DNA from: an uncultured virus (IMG/VR IMGVR_UViG_3300020180_000002)
Taxonomy: Duplodnaviria > Heunggongvirae > Uroviricota > Caudoviricetes
Length of the DNA: 20,000 nucleotides
Virus record (IMG/VR): IMGVR_UViG_3300020180_000002
Strand: one strand, 5' to 3'
A program made the position numbers and the translations under genes. Every line of letters starts with the position of its first letter. Positions within the stretch are counted from its first letter, which is position 1. This document shows, piece by piece, positions 17,513 to 20,000 of the stretch. The notes below the pieces were generated by a model. That model was not told the origin of the DNA. It saw only the letters and a program-made list of their open reading frames with translations, and made no database searches.

Positions 17513-17668
17513 ATGGCAGATCCACTAAATGTAAATGGCGTCATATATCAATATCCAGAGTTAACTGACAAAGAACGGGGACCATATAGTACAAACTGGA
17601 CTGTTGCAATTACTAATTGTACTCTGCAAAAATCTGGCGGCTTATTTTCATTAACAGGAGATATTTAA
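17513..17668 (+). pseudogene. 51-aa truncated paralogue of the N-terminus of the downstream tail protein
   Basis: MADPLNVNGVIYQYP..RGPYSTNWTVAITNCTLQKSGGLFSLTGDI aligns without gaps to MSIPLTIAGITYNYP..WGPDATNWASAITQNTLKKTGGLFTLTADV. Confidence 0.7.
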
Positions 17669-19368
17669 TGTCGATTCCTTTAACAATAGCTGGTATAACA
17701 TATAACTACCCAACTACTTCTTCAGAAGGTTGGGGACCAGATGCAACAAATTGGGCATCTGCTATAACTCAAAATACCCTCAAAAAAACCGGAGGATTGT
17801 TTACTTTAACTGCCGATGTTGATTTTGGTGCAGTTTATGGTATTAAATCACTTTATTATAAAACTAGATCAAGTAATATATCTAGTGCAGGTCAAATAAG
17901 ATTAGCTAATACTGATCTTATTTCATTTAGAAATTCAACTAATTCTGGTAACTTAGCATTTGGCGCAGGGTCTATTGATGCAGTTCCATCATGGAATAGC
18001 ATAGATTTAGTTAATTTAAGCACAGCTCAAACTATTTCAAATAAAACTTTTACAGGGTCTACCTTTACAGGTGGAACTTTTAATAGTCCAACTATTAACA
18101 CCCCCACAGTAAATGGCGGTACATTTAGTTCACCAAGTATATCAAATGGTACTTTCAGTGGAACAAGTAGTTTTACTAATTTAAGTATTACAGGTAATAC
18201 AACAATAGGTGATAACCCTGCTGATACATTAACAATAAATGCCACAACTAGCTTTCTAGCTCAATCATTATTCCCAAATGGAACATTAGGTGCGCCTTCT
18301 ATAGCATTTACAAGTGAACCAAGCCTTGGTATATATACAGCGGGCAGTAATTTATTAAGTGTTGCAGTAGCTGGAGCAAATGTTTGGAATTTTTCTGCTA
18401 CATACAATGAATCTATATTACCTCTTAGATTAGTTAATGGCACCGCCGCGTTACCTGCATTATCATTTAGATCAGATTCTACAACTGGTATATATCTATC
18501 TGGCGGTACAGGAATTGGTTTCTCAATAAGTACAACTCAAGTTGGTGATATATCTTCAGCAGGTGCATGGACGTTTGGTGCCACAGCCGGTACAGCAATA
18601 CATACTGCAAATGGTTATTTTACACCTACTATAGCTTTTAGAGCACCAAATGGTTCAGCATCAGTTCCATCATATTCATTTACAAATCAAACCGGCCAAG
18701 GGATGTATCTTAATAGTAATACAGATCTTACCTTTAACTTTGCTGGAACAGATAATAAATTATCTGGAAATACAGCAATATCTGCTATTTTAGAGTTACA
18801 ATTAAGGGCCTCTTCTGGAAGAGGTCCATATTTTTCAATAGTTGAAAATGCCGTTGCTAATCGATGGGCAATAGGTTCAGACGCAGGTAGCGCAACACTT
18901 AACTTTCGACAAGCTACCCCAACTGGAACTGTAACTGGAAGTGTTAATTCTAACGGACTTTGGACACTTGGTGTATCAGGTGGATCTCAAACTCATCAAA
19001 TAAATTCTAATGCAATTGCGTATGTAAGTTCTGCATCATTAACTAGAACTGAAGATTCTTGTACACAAAGTGCATTAACTGATAATACAACCGATGGCAT
19101 TGTTTTTTCATATACAGCGGCTTCAAATAATTCAATAATCGTTGAATACGGTATAAAACGTGGAAGCAATTATGAAACTGGATCTGTATTAATGGTAACA
19201 GACGGAACTACAGTACAAATGACCTCATTCGGTACGGTAGATATCGGAGACGTAGGTACTACATTAAATGCCGATATAAATAGCGGAAATATAAGACTTT
19301 TATATACCACCACAAGTACAGGCACATCAGGAACTATTAGATATAACGTAAGACGATGGGCGTTATAA
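17668..19368 (+). CDS. tail fibre-like structural protein (566 aa)
   Basis: ATG 17668 with SD AGGAG (17656-17660); repeated NGTxxxPSxxF..G.Y fibre motifs; Thr/Ser/Gly-rich. Confidence 0.75.
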   Translation: MSIPLTIAGITYNYPTTSSEGWGPDATNWASAITQNTLKKTGGLFTLTADVDFGAVYGIKSLYYKTRSSNISSAGQIRLANTDLISFRNSTNSGNLAFGAGSIDAVPSWNSIDLVNLSTAQTISNKTFTGSTFTGGTFNSPTINTPTVNGGTFSSPSISNGTFSGTSSFTNLSITGNTTIGDNPADTLTINATTSFLAQSLFPNGTLGAPSIAFTSEPSLGIYTAGSNLLSVAVAGANVWNFSATYNESILPLRLVNGTAALPALSFRSDSTTGIYLSGGTGIGFSISTTQVGDISSAGAWTFGATAGTAIHTANGYFTPTIAFRAPNGSASVPSYSFTNQTGQGMYLNSNTDLTFNFAGTDNKLSGNTAISAILELQLRASSGRGPYFSIVENAVANRWAIGSDAGSATLNFRQATPTGTVTGSVNSNGLWTLGVSGGSQTHQINSNAIAYVSSASLTRTEDSCTQSALTDNTTDGIVFSYTAASNNSIIVEYGIKRGSNYETGSVLMVTDGTTVQMTSFGTVDIGDVGTTLNADINSGNIRLLYTTTSTGTSGTIRYNVRRWAL

Positions 19369-19369
19369 T

Positions 19370-19459
19370 ATGGAAAATTTATATAACGTTGAATTAAGCT
19401 ACACCACAGGTGCAGGTACATTCAACATGGATGCAGATATTAAACGATTTAGAAGCTAA
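19370..19459 (+). pseudogene. 29-aa ORF resembling the C-terminus of the preceding protein
   Basis: NVELSYTTGAGTFNMDADIKRFRS versus NIRLLYTTTSTGTSGTIRYNVRRWAL. Confidence 0.4.
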
Positions 19460-19471
19460 TAAGTAGCTTAT

Positions 19472-19503
19472 AGGGTCCACTTTAATTAGTGGGCCCTCTT
19501 TTT
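19472..19503 (+). terminator. hairpin / likely terminator
   Basis: AGGGTCCACT/AGTGGGCCCT stem followed by T-rich tract. Confidence 0.7.
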
Positions 19504-19537
19504 CTTTAATGATTGTTTGGATTTAAAGGAGTCTAAC

Positions 19538-20000
19538 TTGTCACTTAATTTTTTTCGTATTTCAAAAGGTGTTAATCTTGTTCCACAAGCAAGTGCACCA
19601 AGTTCACCAGTAAATGGTGATTTTTACTATGATAGCACATTATTGAATTTTAGATTTTATGTAAATGGATCATGGACTATATTTCCACTCACAAATGATA
19701 TCGTAGTTGGTCCAGTCAGTTCAACAGATAACGCTATTGCTAGATTCGATTTAACAACCGGTAAGCTCATTCAAAATTCTGTAGTAACTGTCGATGACAC
19801 TGGAATATTAGCAGGTGCTAGTATTTCTGCTTCTAGTAATACTTTAACTAATATAGCTAATACTTCAATATCAGCTTCAGCAGCTATTGCAGGAAGTAAA
19901 ATTAATCCAGATTTTGGTGCTCAGAATATAGTTACAACAGGTTCAGGTACATTTAGCGGAACATTTGATTTAGCTCAAATAGCCACTCCTTCTAATCCCA
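19538..20000 (+). CDS. tail fibre-like protein, runs off the window end (absent from ORF track)
   Basis: SD AAGGAG plus TTG start; MSLNFFRISKGVNLVPQASAPSSPVNGDFYYD..., open to 20000; shares a module with gene 7365-8921. Confidence 0.8.
   Translation, partial: MSLNFFRISKGVNLVPQASAPSSPVNGDFYYDSTLLNFRFYVNGSWTIFPLTNDIVVGPVSSTDNAIARFDLTTGKLIQNSVVTVDDTGILAGASISASSNTLTNIANTSISASAAIAGSKINPDFGAQNIVTTGSGTFSGTFDLAQIATPSNP
19712..20000 (+). repeat. near-identical copy of 7857-8034 fused to 8349-8475
   Basis: Base-by-base comparison; only five substitutions seen, all synonymous and in one short patch. Confidence 0.9.

Noticed and set aside
17617..17667. TTG start at 17617 for the tail gene
   Set aside because: ATG 17668 has an AGGAG SD and matches the start of the paralogous stub.
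1883..19421. Minus-strand and overlapping short ORFs in the track (e.g. 1883+, 1894-, 3449-, 5085-, 10109-, 10984-, 12626-, 14922-, 16686-, 19170-)
   Set aside because: Shadow frames of well-supported + strand genes or introns, with no recognisable motifs.
19712..20000. Diversity-generating retroelement TR/VR pair with 7857-8475
   Set aside because: Differences are few, synonymous and not confined to adenines; both copies are inside coding genes; no RT in the window.

Overview
AT-rich segment of a tailed dsDNA phage (or prophage) genome; all credible protein genes are on the + strand. In order: two small ORFs; a ~1.2 kb non-coding region (candidate anti-SD small RNA, tandem repeats, a candidate ~370-nt pseudoknotted RNA on the - strand); small ORFs; terminase large subunit; portal; a ~4.5 kb block of virion/tail-like genes; scaffold; a lipoprotein c-type cytochrome with its own promoter; the major capsid gene; a free-standing GIY-YIG endonuclease; further tail-like genes. 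The main hidden feature is that the major capsid gene is split by three group I introns. Exons are 12705-12746, 13698-13793, a 20-nt micro-exon 14130-14149 and 15042-16161, giving a 425-aa spliced product. Intron 1 carries a LAGLIDADG endonuclease, intron 2 has no ORF, and intron 3 carries a NUMOD3-HNH endonuclease. Both ORF-bearing introns contain near-consensus sigma70 promoters embedded in the ribozyme sequence. All product calls come from motif recognition and gene order read by eye; no database searches or folding programs were run.
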